A stretch of 64,000 bases of DNA from Diplonema japonicum (Eukaryota > Protista > Euglenozoa: Diplonemea), in the NCBI GenBank assembly GCA_964019335.1, contig OZ025688.1, forward strand, positions 248,001-312,000. The letters are read 5' to 3'. The number at the start of each line of letters is the position of its first letter. The first letter of the stretch is position 1. The notes beneath the pieces are model-generated. The model saw only the letters and a program-made list of their open reading frames with translations. It searched no databases and was not told the origin of the DNA. The position numbers were made by a program, and so were the translations under genes. Below, piece by piece: positions 23,087 to 33,700 of this stretch.

Positions 23087-23449
23087 ATGTCGTGTTTCAA
23101 GCTTATTGCCCTCCTCGCACTTGTGAGCACAGTGAGCGCTGACAGCATCACTCTTAGGCAATGCAGCGATGGTCAGACAAGAAGTGTGGCCCTCGACCAG
23201 TGTATCAAGAGCGACCAAAGCTACGGGATGTTCACCCTGACCAGTGGGACTCTTGCAAATGGCTCTGCCATTGTGGCAATGAAGACATACGGTGATTCTG
23301 ATGACAAGTGCGTCACACCGCAGTTTACCATCAGCATAACCTGTGAGTGTGGAAAAACTCTCCCTCTGCAGATTGTCTGCTCGGCCGCCGCTGGTCTGGT
23401 GCCTTCGGCCTTCTTTATGGCTCTTGCGTTGTTGGCGATGGTCTTCTAG
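23087..23449 (+). CDS. Type B surface protein copy (SDQSYGM variant)
   Basis: One amino-acid difference from each of the other two copies. Confidence 0.88.
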   Translation: MSCFKLIALLALVSTVSADSITLRQCSDGQTRSVALDQCIKSDQSYGMFTLTSGTLANGSAIVAMKTYGDSDDKCVTPQFTISITCECGKTLPLQIVCSAAAGLVPSAFFMALALLAMVF

Positions 23450-24396
23450 TGAGGGAAAAAAAAAAAAAAAAAGACAAAGAAAGATCCAACCATTGAATTC
23501 GCTTCCCTCCCCAGATCGGGAAGTGACCTTGCTGCTCTCTCTTTCATCAATAAGGAAATATTGGTGGCAGGTGGAGAGGTAAAGGGATGTTTTCTTTCTA
23601 TTCTTTTTATTCTTTTCTCTATATTTTCGCTAGACCCCTCTTTATTTTATTCGTTCATTGTCGCTCTATTCTTCCAAACCTTTAGCTCCCTTGAAGCTCA
23701 CCAGCGTGCTGTAGCTCACTTTATTTTGGCACGTTGGCGATGGCTGTGGTGGTCGTTGCAAGAGCGCCTATAGGAAGTATTGGACGATTCAGAGCAGAAT
23801 AGTGGTTTTTTCTCTTTTTTCTTTCTTTTTTTTTTTTTTTTTCCAATTACGAATTTAGAGAAAGGTGAGAGGAAAAAGAGTAAGTCAACGACGGAAGAAA
23901 CAAAAAAAAAAAAAAAAAAAAAAAAAAGTCAGTTGAATGTCACATGTGCACAGCCGAGATTAACCTGTAGAAGGGTAAGCCATACCACTCACCATCTCTT
24001 CTCAGCTACAGCAATTCATTGCTGAACACGGCCATGTCACTAGTGTTGGTACCAAAGAAAAACACCACCCCTGTAATCAAGTAGACAGGTGCTTGTGCAG
24101 GGTGTCACCAACACTGCCCTCTTTTATCACAACATACTCTCCATTTGGTGCTTAATTGCTTTCTGTGACCCCTTTCTTTATTTATTCGAAAAGCTCTCTT
24201 TATCTCTTCACTTTTACTTACTACTGGATCACAGGACAGGGGACTTGGGAGGCTGGCTTAGTTTCACAAGAATGGCCGCTGTGTTATTTACTGCAACAAC
24301 CCCTTTTTTTTCCGGTTTTCAATTTTATTTTTTTATTTATTTTTTTTTGAGTTTTCATATTTACTCCCTCACAGATTTTTAATTGGAGTAAATAAA

Positions 24397-24754
24397 ATGT
24401 CGTGTTTCAAGCTTATTGCCCTCCTCGCACTTGTGAGCACAGTGAGCGGTATCAGTATAAAGTCATGCAAAGGTGGTCGGACAGCTGGTGTCCCCCTCGA
24501 CCAGTGAATCAAAGGCGACCAAAGCTATGTGAAGTTCACCCTGATCAGTTGGTATTGCAAACAAGACTGCAATTGTGGCACTGGCGCTTTACTCTGAATA
24601 TGATATTAAATGCGCCACAGAACAAGCGTCCATGAACCTAAACTGTCAGTGTGGGAAGAATGCTGCCGTACAAATCGACTGCTCGTCCGCCGCCGGTCTG
24701 GTGCCTTCGGCCTTCTTTATGGTTGTATATGCTTTGCTGGCTGTAGTCTTTTAG
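24397..24754 (+). pseudogene. Diverged type B paralog, pseudogene
   Basis: Near-identical signal-peptide DNA. Cys2 codon is TGA (24505-24507), with a frameshift near 24555. The remaining frame still reads IKC...NCQCGK...IDCSSAAGLVPSAFFM...VF*. Confidence 0.85.
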
Positions 24755-25330
24755 TGAAGGTGAAAATATAAAATAAAAAGGAGGGGGGAAAAGAAAGATC
24801 GAACCATTTAATTCGCGTTTCCCTCACCAGAGAGGGAAGCGACCTTGCTGCTCTCACCGAGGAAATATCGAACTTTTTTCCCGATTAGTGAATAGTTACT
24901 AATGTTGGCGGGTACTACGGCAATAAATAAAAAAAAGAAAACAACAGTACCCCCCCCCCCCCCCCCCCATTTATAACATAACATAACGGGGGTTTGGGTG
25001 ATTTGTGGGCACTTTTGGGTTTGTTACAGTTTTTTTAAGGACCCAAAATGCCCTTGGTGAAGCAACTGAAAAGTGGCAAAAAGTGGCCCTTTTTAAGGAC
25101 CATATGACCCCCCCCTACCCCCCCATTTCAATAAGAGTCTCCCCTCTCTTTCCTTTCTCTAAAATACCCCCTCTCTTTCCTTCCCCTCATTTCTTTTTCT
25201 TTTATTTCCTCTCTTTTTCTTTACTTGCGCATTGCAAAAATGATAAACAATAGTAATAATGTTCACCGCATTCGAACTTTTATTCTATTTTTTCCCCCCA
25301 ACATTTTCTTTCATTTTGTATTTACTTTTC

Positions 25331-25478
25331 AGCAACCCGTTCTGTGGTTGTGGTTGCAAGCCGAAGGCGGTGGTGGAGGAGGGCTGCCCCAAGGGCCAGT
25401 GCGCCGACTGCGACGGGAAGTGCATCGACCAGGTGTTCTGCACATGGATCGTACGTCTCTAGAGACTCTCTAGGGATT
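25331..25478 (+). pseudogene. Orphan internal fragments of the large Cys-rich gene
   Basis: SNPFCGCGCKPKAVVEEGCPKGQCADCDGKCIDQVFC copy followed by a scrambled DGSFVSRDS-module piece. Confidence 0.8.
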
Positions 25479-25663
25479 CCAAAAGCTCTCATTATCTCTT
25501 CACTTTTACTTACTACTGGATCACAGGGGAATTGGGAGGCTGGCTTAGCTTCACAAGAATGGCCGCTGTGTTATTTACTGCAACCCCTTTTTTCCGGTTT
25601 TCAATTTCTTTTTTCTTCTTTTTTTTTTTTTTTCATTATTTATCCTCTCACAGATCTTTAAAA

Positions 25664-28600
25664 ATGAAACTATTGCTCCTTGTTTGCATCATAGCCCTCA
25701 CCGAAGGGCGTCGCCCTCCAACTCTGTGGAAGCTTGAGAAGCCCTGCTGGAACGAGAAGAAGTGCAGGAACTGCGATGGGAGGTGCGTGAAGGAGGAGAA
25801 GGTGCAGTGCCTGAGGGACCCCTGCGAGGACTCGCCTTGCGGTGACGAGGAGATGTGCGTTGCGAACTACTGTGGGGAGTGCAGCGCTTGCTGCCTGGAG
25901 CCGAAGGAGTGCAACAAGCAGTCGAGGGTGTGCGAGGACGGGAGCGAGGTCTTCAGGGACCCCTTCAACAACTGCAGGTTCCCGAAATGCCCCGAACCGG
26001 TGATCTGCACCACCGACGTGTTCGAGTGCGCTGACGGGACGTACCTGTCGAGGGGTGGACCGAACTGCGAGTTCCCCGAGTGCCCTGTCCCCGCCTGTGT
26101 CCCGAAGGGCTACACCTTCAAGGGTGTCCCCGAGATTTGCAAGAGGATGAAGTACGCTTGCCCCAAGGGGATGGTTCACTGGAGCGACGAGAAGTGTGGC
26201 TGTGGCTGCAAGCCGGAACCGGTGATCTGCACCACCGACGTGTTCGAGTGCGCTGACGGGACGTACCTGTCGAGGGGCGGACCGAACTGCGAGTTCCCCG
26301 AGTGCCCTGTGAAGATTCCCGCCTGCGCCCCGAAGGGGACGACCCTTTACCACGATGCGAAAACCTGTCAGATCGTCAACTTCTTTTGCGAGGAGGGGTT
26401 CGAGCACTGGAGCAACCCGTACTGTGGGTGTGGTTGCAAGCCGAAGGCGGTGGTGGAGGAGGGCTGCCCCAAGGGCCAGTGCGCCGACTGCGACGGGAAG
26501 TGCATCGACCAGGTGTTCTGCATCCACAACCCTTGCTTGACGGACAACGGTGGGTGTGCTGCTGATGAGGAGTGTGTGGGTTCGTGTGGGTGCTTCAAGT
26601 GCGGGTGCAAGAAGAGGGTGTGCACCGAGGACGCCTTCATCTGCCCCGACGGTACCTCTCTGTCGAGGGACCCCGCCAACAACTGTGAGTTCCCTGAGTG
26701 CCCCACGAGGGTCTGCACCCAGGAGGTGAAGACCTGTCCCGATGGATCGTTCGTCTCCAGGGACTCGAAGAACGGCTGTGCCTTCCCCGAGTGCCCCCCT
26801 GTCCCCGCCTGTGTCCCGAAGGGCTACACCTTCAAGGGTGTCCCCGAGATTTGCAAGAGGATTAAGTACGCTTGCCCCAAGGGGATGGTTCACTGGAGCG
26901 ACGAGAAGTGTGGCTGTGGCTGCAAGCCGGAACCGGTGATCTGCACCACCGACGTGTTCGAGTGCGCTGACGGGACGTACCTGTCGAGGGGCGGACCGAA
27001 CTGCGAGTTCCCCGAGTGCCCTGTGAAGATCCCCGCCTGCGCCCCGAAGGGGACGACCCTTTACCACGATGCGAAAACCTGTCAGATCGTCAACTTCTTT
27101 TGCGAGGAGGGGTTCGAACACTGGAGCAACCCGTTCTGTGGGTGTGGTTGCAAGCCGAAGGCGGTGGTGGAGGAGGGCTGCCCCAAGGGCCAGTGCGCCG
27201 ACTGCGAAGGGAAGTGCATCGACCAGGTGTTCTGCATCCACAACCCTTGCTTGACGGACAACGGTGGGTGTGCTGCTGACGAGGAGTGCGTGGGTTCGTG
27301 CGGGTGCTTCAAGTGCGGGTGCAAGAAGAGGGTGTGCACCGAGGACGCCTTCATCTGCCCCGACGGTACCTCTCTGTCGAGGGACCCCGCCAACAACTGT
27401 GAGTTCCCGAAATGCCCCGTTCCCGCCTGCGCCCCGGAGGGCGCGACCTTCATGGGGGACCACAAGACCTGCATGGTGATCGATTTTGTTTGCGAAGATG
27501 GGTTCGAACACTGGAACGACGTGAAGTGTGGCTGTGGTTGCAAGCCGAAGAAGGAGGTCTGCCCCAAGGGTCAGTGCGCCGACTGCGACGGGAAGTGTGT
27601 CGACCAGGTGTTCTGCATCCACAACCCTTGCTTGACGGACAACGGTGGGTGTGCTGCTGACGAGGAGTGTGTGGGTTCGTGCGGGTGCTTCAAGTGCGGG
27701 TGCAAGAAGAGGGTGTGCACCAAGGACGCCTTCATCTGCCCCGACGGTACCTCTCTGTCGAGGGACCCCGCCAACAAGTGCGAGTTCCCTGAGTGCCCCA
27801 CGAGGGTCTGCACCCAGGAGGTGAAGACCTGTCCCGATGGATCGTTCGTTTCTAGGGACTCGAAGAACGGCTGTGCCTTCCCCGAGTGCCCTGTCCCCGC
27901 CTGTGTCCCGAAGGGCTACACCTTCAAGGGTGTCCCCGAGATTTGCAAGAGGATTAAGTACGCATGCCCCAAGGGGATGGTTCACTGGAGCAACGAGAAG
28001 TGCGGCTGCGGCTGCAAGCCGGAACCGGTGATCTGCACCACCGACGTGTTCGAGTGCGCTGACGGGACGTACCTGTCGAGGGGCGGACCGAACTGCGAGT
28101 TCCCCGAGTGCCCTGTGAAGATCCCCGCCTGCGCCCCGAAGGGGACAACCGCTTTCTTTGCACCCAAAACCTGTCAGATAATCAACTTCTTTTGCGAGGA
28201 AGGGTTCGAGCACTGGGGCAACCCGGACTGTGGTTGTGGTTGCAAGCCGAAGGCGGTGGTGGAGGAGGGCTGCCCCAAGGGCCAGTGCGCCGACTGCGAC
28301 GGGAAGTGCATCGACCAGGTGTTCTGCATCCACAACCCTTGCTTGACGGACAACGGTGGGTGTGCTGCTGATGAGGAGTGTGTGGGTTCGTGTGGGTGCT
28401 TCAAGTGCGGGTGCAAGAAGAGGGTGTGTACCGAGGACGCCTTCATCTGCCCCGACGGTACCTCTCTGTCGAGGGACCCCGCCAACAACTGTGAGTTCCC
28501 CGAGTGCCCCACGAGGGTCTGCACCCAGGAGGTGAAGACCTGTCCCGATGGATCGTTCGTTTCTAGGGACTCGACAAGGGGCTGCACCTTCCCCGAGTGC

Positions 28601-29248
28601 CCTGTCCCCAAGTGTGTGTCGAAGGGCCACACCTTCGTCGGGACCCCTGAGAGCGACAAGTGCCAGACAAGGAAGTACAACTGCGACATCGGGATGGAGC
28701 GCTGGAGCGACGCCGAGTGCGGCTGCGGTTGCAGGCCGAACTCTTGCCCCGATGGCGAGTGCATGGGATGCGACGGGAAGTGCGCGCCAAGAATCTTCTG
28801 CAAGGCGAACCCCTGCTCGCTCCCTAGCGGGATGTGCGCGAACCCTGACGAGGAGTGTGTGACGGACGGCTGTGGCTGCACGAAGTGTGGGTGTGAAAAG
28901 AGGGTGTGCGACAAGACAACCCACATCTGCCCTGATGGCACTCTCATCAACAGGGACCCCACCAACAACTGCGAGTACCCCAAGTGCCCTTCCCCTGTGT
29001 GCCCTCTGGACGCGAAGCTCTGCCCCAACGGGAAGTACGTGTCTAGGAACCCGAAGAACAACTGCGAGTTCGACCCGTGCGTGGGCGATGCCTGCACGGG
29101 CTGCAACAAGTGGCTGAAGTGTGCTTCGCTGGACTGCCCCAAGGCCCCTGGGAGCTGCTTCGGGTGCTGCCAGAAGTGCGTGATCGGGAACGACGGGACC
29201 TGCACTGGGGTGACCCCTGTGGAGGCCTGCCCGGTGAACACTCATTGA
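25664..29248 (+). CDS. Large secreted modular cysteine-rich repeat protein, copy 1 (1194 aa)
   Basis: Signal peptide MKLLLLVCIIALTEG; no TM or GPI tail. Repeated modules CTxDxxxCPDGxxxSRxxxNCEFPECP, CxPKGxT...C..C..G.EHWS...CGCGC and CPKGQCADCDGKC...C..NPC...C...C..C.C.KC.C. Strong GC3 bias. Confidence 0.92.
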   Translation: MKLLLLVCIIALTEGRRPPTLWKLEKPCWNEKKCRNCDGRCVKEEKVQCLRDPCEDSPCGDEEMCVANYCGECSACCLEPKECNKQSRVCEDGSEVFRDPFNNCRFPKCPEPVICTTDVFECADGTYLSRGGPNCEFPECPVPACVPKGYTFKGVPEICKRMKYACPKGMVHWSDEKCGCGCKPEPVICTTDVFECADGTYLSRGGPNCEFPECPVKIPACAPKGTTLYHDAKTCQIVNFFCEEGFEHWSNPYCGCGCKPKAVVEEGCPKGQCADCDGKCIDQVFCIHNPCLTDNGGCAADEECVGSCGCFKCGCKKRVCTEDAFICPDGTSLSRDPANNCEFPECPTRVCTQEVKTCPDGSFVSRDSKNGCAFPECPPVPACVPKGYTFKGVPEICKRIKYACPKGMVHWSDEKCGCGCKPEPVICTTDVFECADGTYLSRGGPNCEFPECPVKIPACAPKGTTLYHDAKTCQIVNFFCEEGFEHWSNPFCGCGCKPKAVVEEGCPKGQCADCEGKCIDQVFCIHNPCLTDNGGCAADEECVGSCGCFKCGCKKRVCTEDAFICPDGTSLSRDPANNCEFPKCPVPACAPEGATFMGDHKTCMVIDFVCEDGFEHWNDVKCGCGCKPKKEVCPKGQCADCDGKCVDQVFCIHNPCLTDNGGCAADEECVGSCGCFKCGCKKRVCTKDAFICPDGTSLSRDPANKCEFPECPTRVCTQEVKTCPDGSFVSRDSKNGCAFPECPVPACVPKGYTFKGVPEICKRIKYACPKGMVHWSNEKCGCGCKPEPVICTTDVFECADGTYLSRGGPNCEFPECPVKIPACAPKGTTAFFAPKTCQIINFFCEEGFEHWGNPDCGCGCKPKAVVEEGCPKGQCADCDGKCIDQVFCIHNPCLTDNGGCAADEECVGSCGCFKCGCKKRVCTEDAFICPDGTSLSRDPANNCEFPECPTRVCTQEVKTCPDGSFVSRDSTRGCTFPECPVPKCVSKGHTFVGTPESDKCQTRKYNCDIGMERWSDAECGCGCRPNSCPDGECMGCDGKCAPRIFCKANPCSLPSGMCANPDEECVTDGCGCTKCGCEKRVCDKTTHICPDGTLINRDPTNNCEYPKCPSPVCPLDAKLCPNGKYVSRNPKNNCEFDPCVGDACTGCNKWLKCASLDCPKAPGSCFGCCQKCVIGNDGTCTGVTPVEACPVNTH

Positions 29249-30784
29249 TCACAAAAGATTTAGAAAAGAAAAAGAAAAAAAAAAAAAAAAAAGAAGAAAA
29301 GAGAACAACGCAACGAAAAAACCTGAAGGTTTTTATTATAGTAATTTCCCCCCCTTTTTTTTTTCTTTTTCTGAAAATAATTTTATTCGATTTTATTCAC
29401 CTCCCTCCTTTTAGTATTACCCCTCCCGTTTTTTTTTTTTTTTTTTTTTTTTTTATTTGGTAGGGCACACGCCACAACGGTGGGTCGTCGGCTTTTTACC
29501 ACTTTTTCGTTCCCCCCCCCCCCCCTTTCCTATCATAGTGAATTTCCGCTTTCATTTTTCGTTTGTTTGTCTTGTGGGTCTATTTAAGACTCCCAGGCAT
29601 ATCAGGGGAAAAAAAGAAAGAGAAACAAACTGAATTTATTCTAGTTTACCCAACTTGTATGAAGAAAATACCGTTTTGCTTCTTTCTTTTCCAAATGGAA
29701 ACTTTTATACCGGTAAAATGTGATTGCTTTTATCTTCAAAAGCCAAGGGGGTTCGTTTTCGTTTTTGCTGGCACCAGAAAAAAAAAAAAGAAATATGAGT
29801 TGAAACGGGAAACCGTTTTTTCTGGACAGTGGTTTTCAAGGAACAAACACACAAAGAAATATTTCTGACTTTGTACTCGCTTTTTTTTTTTTTTTTTTTT
29901 TTTTTCTTATTTTATTTTATTTTTTCTGGGCTTTTTCTTTTTTTTTTTCTCTCTCGAAATGAAGTTGAGAATAACCATTCCCACCTAAGAAAATAGAGAA
30001 GGAGTAAATAAAATGGAGTGCTGGCTTGTGCATGACTTCTCACTGTCACCCGGTTACAGTGGATTGACTGCAATCTTGTATGCAGTGCTCGCTTTGAGTG
30101 CAAAACAGGTGAAGAGTCTTTCCCCCCCCCCCCCCCCCATAATCCACACTCTGATTTTATCGTAGCCACTTCATACTCTTGTTCTATTTGGGATTTTTTC
30201 TTTGCTGCCTAAACGTACAAGCCCATTATCTCGGGAATTCTGCAGAACTGTTGTCCCTTGCACAACAGGAGAGAAAGAAAAGGACAAAGTGGGAATGATC
30301 CATTGGGTCGTGTATCTTCGGGTAACCTACTTCCCAATGTGTGATCGGTTCTGTGGACCGCGGAGTGGAATGAAAAGGAGGTTACCAGAGGAGTAAGGAA
30401 GCTTTCCTTCTTCTCTCTCTTAATATCTTTATTTGTTGAACCTTCTACCGGTCCCAAAACGACCTCCACTCATCACTTTTCCCCTTTTTTCATCAGTTCT
30501 CAATTATTCCCTTTTTTTTTTTTTTTTCCTTTTTTTCTTATTGTTTTTGTTTTTCTTCTTTTTTTTTTTATTCTGTTTTTACCTCCCTTTTCTTCTCTTC
30601 GATACCCTTTCATTCACCCAGAAATATTTCAAAAGAGGTGTCGATCTCAGACCCTCAAAGGAGATATTCTCGGGGTTTTAGGGTGCAACCTCAATTCTTT
30701 TTCAACTGTTCTTTTTTGTTTTTCTTTCAACACGCACCGCCACCTCTGTTCAGGTTAATTAGAAGAAGAAAAAAGAAAAAAGAA

Positions 30785-33700
30785 ATGAAGCTATTGCTCC
30801 TTGTTTGCATCATAGCCCTCACCGAAGGGCGTCGCCCTCCAACTCTGTGGAAGCTTGAGAAGCCCTGCTGGAACGAGAAGAAGTGCAGGAACTGCGATGG
30901 GAGGTGCGTGAAGGAGGAGAAGGTGCAGTGCCTGAGGGACCCCTGCGAGGACTCGCCTTGCGGTGACGAGGAGATGTGCGTTGCGAACTACTGTGGGGAG
31001 TGCAGCGCTTGCTGCCTGGAGCCGAAGGAGTGCAACAAGCAGTCGAGGGTGTGCGAGGACGGGAGCGAGGTCTTCAGGGACCCCTTCAACAACTGCAGGT
31101 TCCCGAAATGCCCCGAACCGGTGATCTGCACCACCGACGTGTTCGAGTGCGCTGACGGGACGTACCTGTCGAGGGGTGGACCGAACTGCGAGTTCCCCGA
31201 GTGCCCTGTCCCCGCCTGTGTCCCGAAGGGCTACACCTTCAAGGGTGTCCCCGAGATTTGCAAGAGGATGAAGTACGCTTGCCCCAAGGGGATGGTTCAC
31301 TGGAGCGACGAGAAGTGTGGCTGTGGCTGCAAGCCGGAACCGGTGATCTGCACCACCGACGTGTTCGAGTGCGCTGACGGGACGTACCTGTCGAGGGGCG
31401 GACCGAACTGCGAGTTCCCCGAGTGCCCTGTGAAGATTCCCGCCTGCGCCCCGAAGGGGACGACCCTTTACCACGATGCGAAAACCTGTCAGATCGTCAA
31501 CTTCTTTTGCGAGGAGGGGTTCGAGCACTGGAGCAACCCGTACTGTGGGTGTGGTTGCAAGCCGAAGGCGGTGGTGGAGGAGGGCTGCCCCAAGGGCCAG
31601 TGCGCCGACTGCGACGGGAAGTGCATCGACCAGGTGTTCTGCATCCACAACCCTTGCTTGACGGACAACGGTGGGTGTGCTGCTGATGAGGAGTGTGTGG
31701 GTTCGTGTGGGTGCTTCAAGTGCGGGTGCAAGAAGAGGGTGTGCACCGAGGACGCCTTCATCTGCCCCGACGGTACCTCTCTGTCGAGGGACCCCGCCAA
31801 CAACTGTGAGTTCCCTGAGTGCCCCACGAGGGTCTGCACCCAGGAGGTGAAGACCTGTCCCGATGGATCGTTCGTCTCCAGGGACTCGAAGAACGGCTGT
31901 GCCTTCCCCGAGTGCCCCCCTGTCCCCGCCTGTGTCCCGAAGGGCTACACCTTCAAGGGTGTCCCCGAGATTTGCAAGAGGATTAAGTACGCTTGCCCCA
32001 AGGGGATGGTTCACTGGAGCGACGAGAAGTGTGGCTGTGGCTGCAAGCCGGAACCGGTGATCTGCACCACCGACGTGTTCGAGTGCGCTGACGGGACGTA
32101 CCTGTCGAGGGGCGGACCGAACTGCGAGTTCCCCGAGTGCCCTGTGAAGATCCCCGCCTGCGCCCCGAAGGGGACGACCCTTTACCACGATGCGAAAACC
32201 TGTCAGATCGTCAACTTCTTTTGCGAGGAGGGGTTCGAACACTGGAGCAACCCGTTCTGTGGGTGTGGTTGCAAGCCGAAGGCGGTGGTGGAGGAGGGCT
32301 GCCCCAAGGGCCAGTGCGCCGACTGCGAAGGGAAGTGCATCGACCAGGTGTTCTGCATCCACAACCCTTGCTTGACGGACAACGGTGGGTGTGCTGCTGA
32401 CGAGGAGTGCGTGGGTTCGTGCGGGTGCTTCAAGTGCGGGTGCAAGAAGAGGGTGTGCACCGAGGACGCCTTCATCTGCCCCGACGGTACCTCTCTGTCG
32501 AGGGACCCCGCCAACAACTGTGAGTTCCCGAAATGCCCCGTTCCCGCCTGCGCCCCGGAGGGCGCGACCTTCATGGGGGACCACAAGACCTGCATGGTGA
32601 TCGATTTTGTTTGCGAAGATGGGTTCGAACACTGGAACGACGTGAAGTGTGGCTGTGGTTGCAAGCCGAAGAAGGAGGTCTGCCCCAAGGGTCAGTGCGC
32701 CGACTGCGACGGGAAGTGTGTCGACCAGGTGTTCTGCATCCACAACCCTTGCTTGACGGACAACGGTGGGTGTGCTGCTGACGAGGAGTGTGTGGGTTCG
32801 TGCGGGTGCTTCAAGTGCGGGTGCAAGAAGAGGGTGTGCACCAAGGACGCCTTCATCTGCCCCGACGGTACCTCTCTGTCGAGGGACCCCGCCAACAAGT
32901 GCGAGTTCCCTGAGTGCCCCACGAGGGTCTGCACCCAGGAGGTGAAGACCTGTCCCGATGGATCGTTCGTTTCTAGGGACTCGAAGAACGGCTGTGCCTT
33001 CCCCGAGTGCCCTGTCCCCGCCTGTGTCCCGAAGGGCTACACCTTCAAGGGTGTCCCCGAGATTTGCAAGAGGATTAAGTACGCATGCCCCAAGGGGATG
33101 GTTCACTGGAGCAACGAGAAGTGCGGCTGCGGCTGCAAGCCGGAACCGGTGATCTGCACCACCGACGTGTTCGAGTGCGCTGACGGGACGTACCTGTCGA
33201 GGGGCGGACCGAACTGCGAGTTCCCCGAGTGCCCTGTGAAGATCCCCGCCTGCGCCCCGAAGGGGACAACCGCTTTCTTTGCACCCAAAACCTGTCAGAT
33301 AATCAACTTCTTTTGCGAGGAAGGGTTCGAGCACTGGGGCAACCCGGACTGTGGTTGTGGTTGCAAGCCGAAGGCGGTGGTGGAGGAGGGCTGCCCCAAG
33401 GGCCAGTGCGCCGACTGCGACGGGAAGTGCATCGACCAGGTGTTCTGCATCCACAACCCTTGCTTGACGGACAACGGTGGGTGTGCTGCTGATGAGGAGT
33501 GTGTGGGTTCGTGTGGGTGCTTCAAGTGCGGGTGCAAGAAGAGGGTGTGTACCGAGGACGCCTTCATCTGCCCCGACGGTACCTCTCTGTCGAGGGACCC
33601 CGCCAACAACTGTGAGTTCCCCGAGTGCCCCACGAGGGTCTGCACCCAGGAGGTGAAGACCTGTCCCGATGGATCGTTCGTTTCTAGGGACTCGACAAGG

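Larger units (their letters stand above)
20106..24860 (+). repeat. Tandem array of ~1.3-1.5-kb units carrying type B genes
   Basis: Start codons at 20196, 21599, 23087, 24397 (spacing 1403, 1488, 1310); intergenic blocks shared. Confidence 0.9.

Noticed and set aside
24505-24507. TGA at a conserved Cys position as possible selenocysteine or code reassignment
   Set aside because: The same copy has a downstream frameshift, and TGA is used as a normal stop elsewhere (dynein, A genes). It is a pseudogene lesion.
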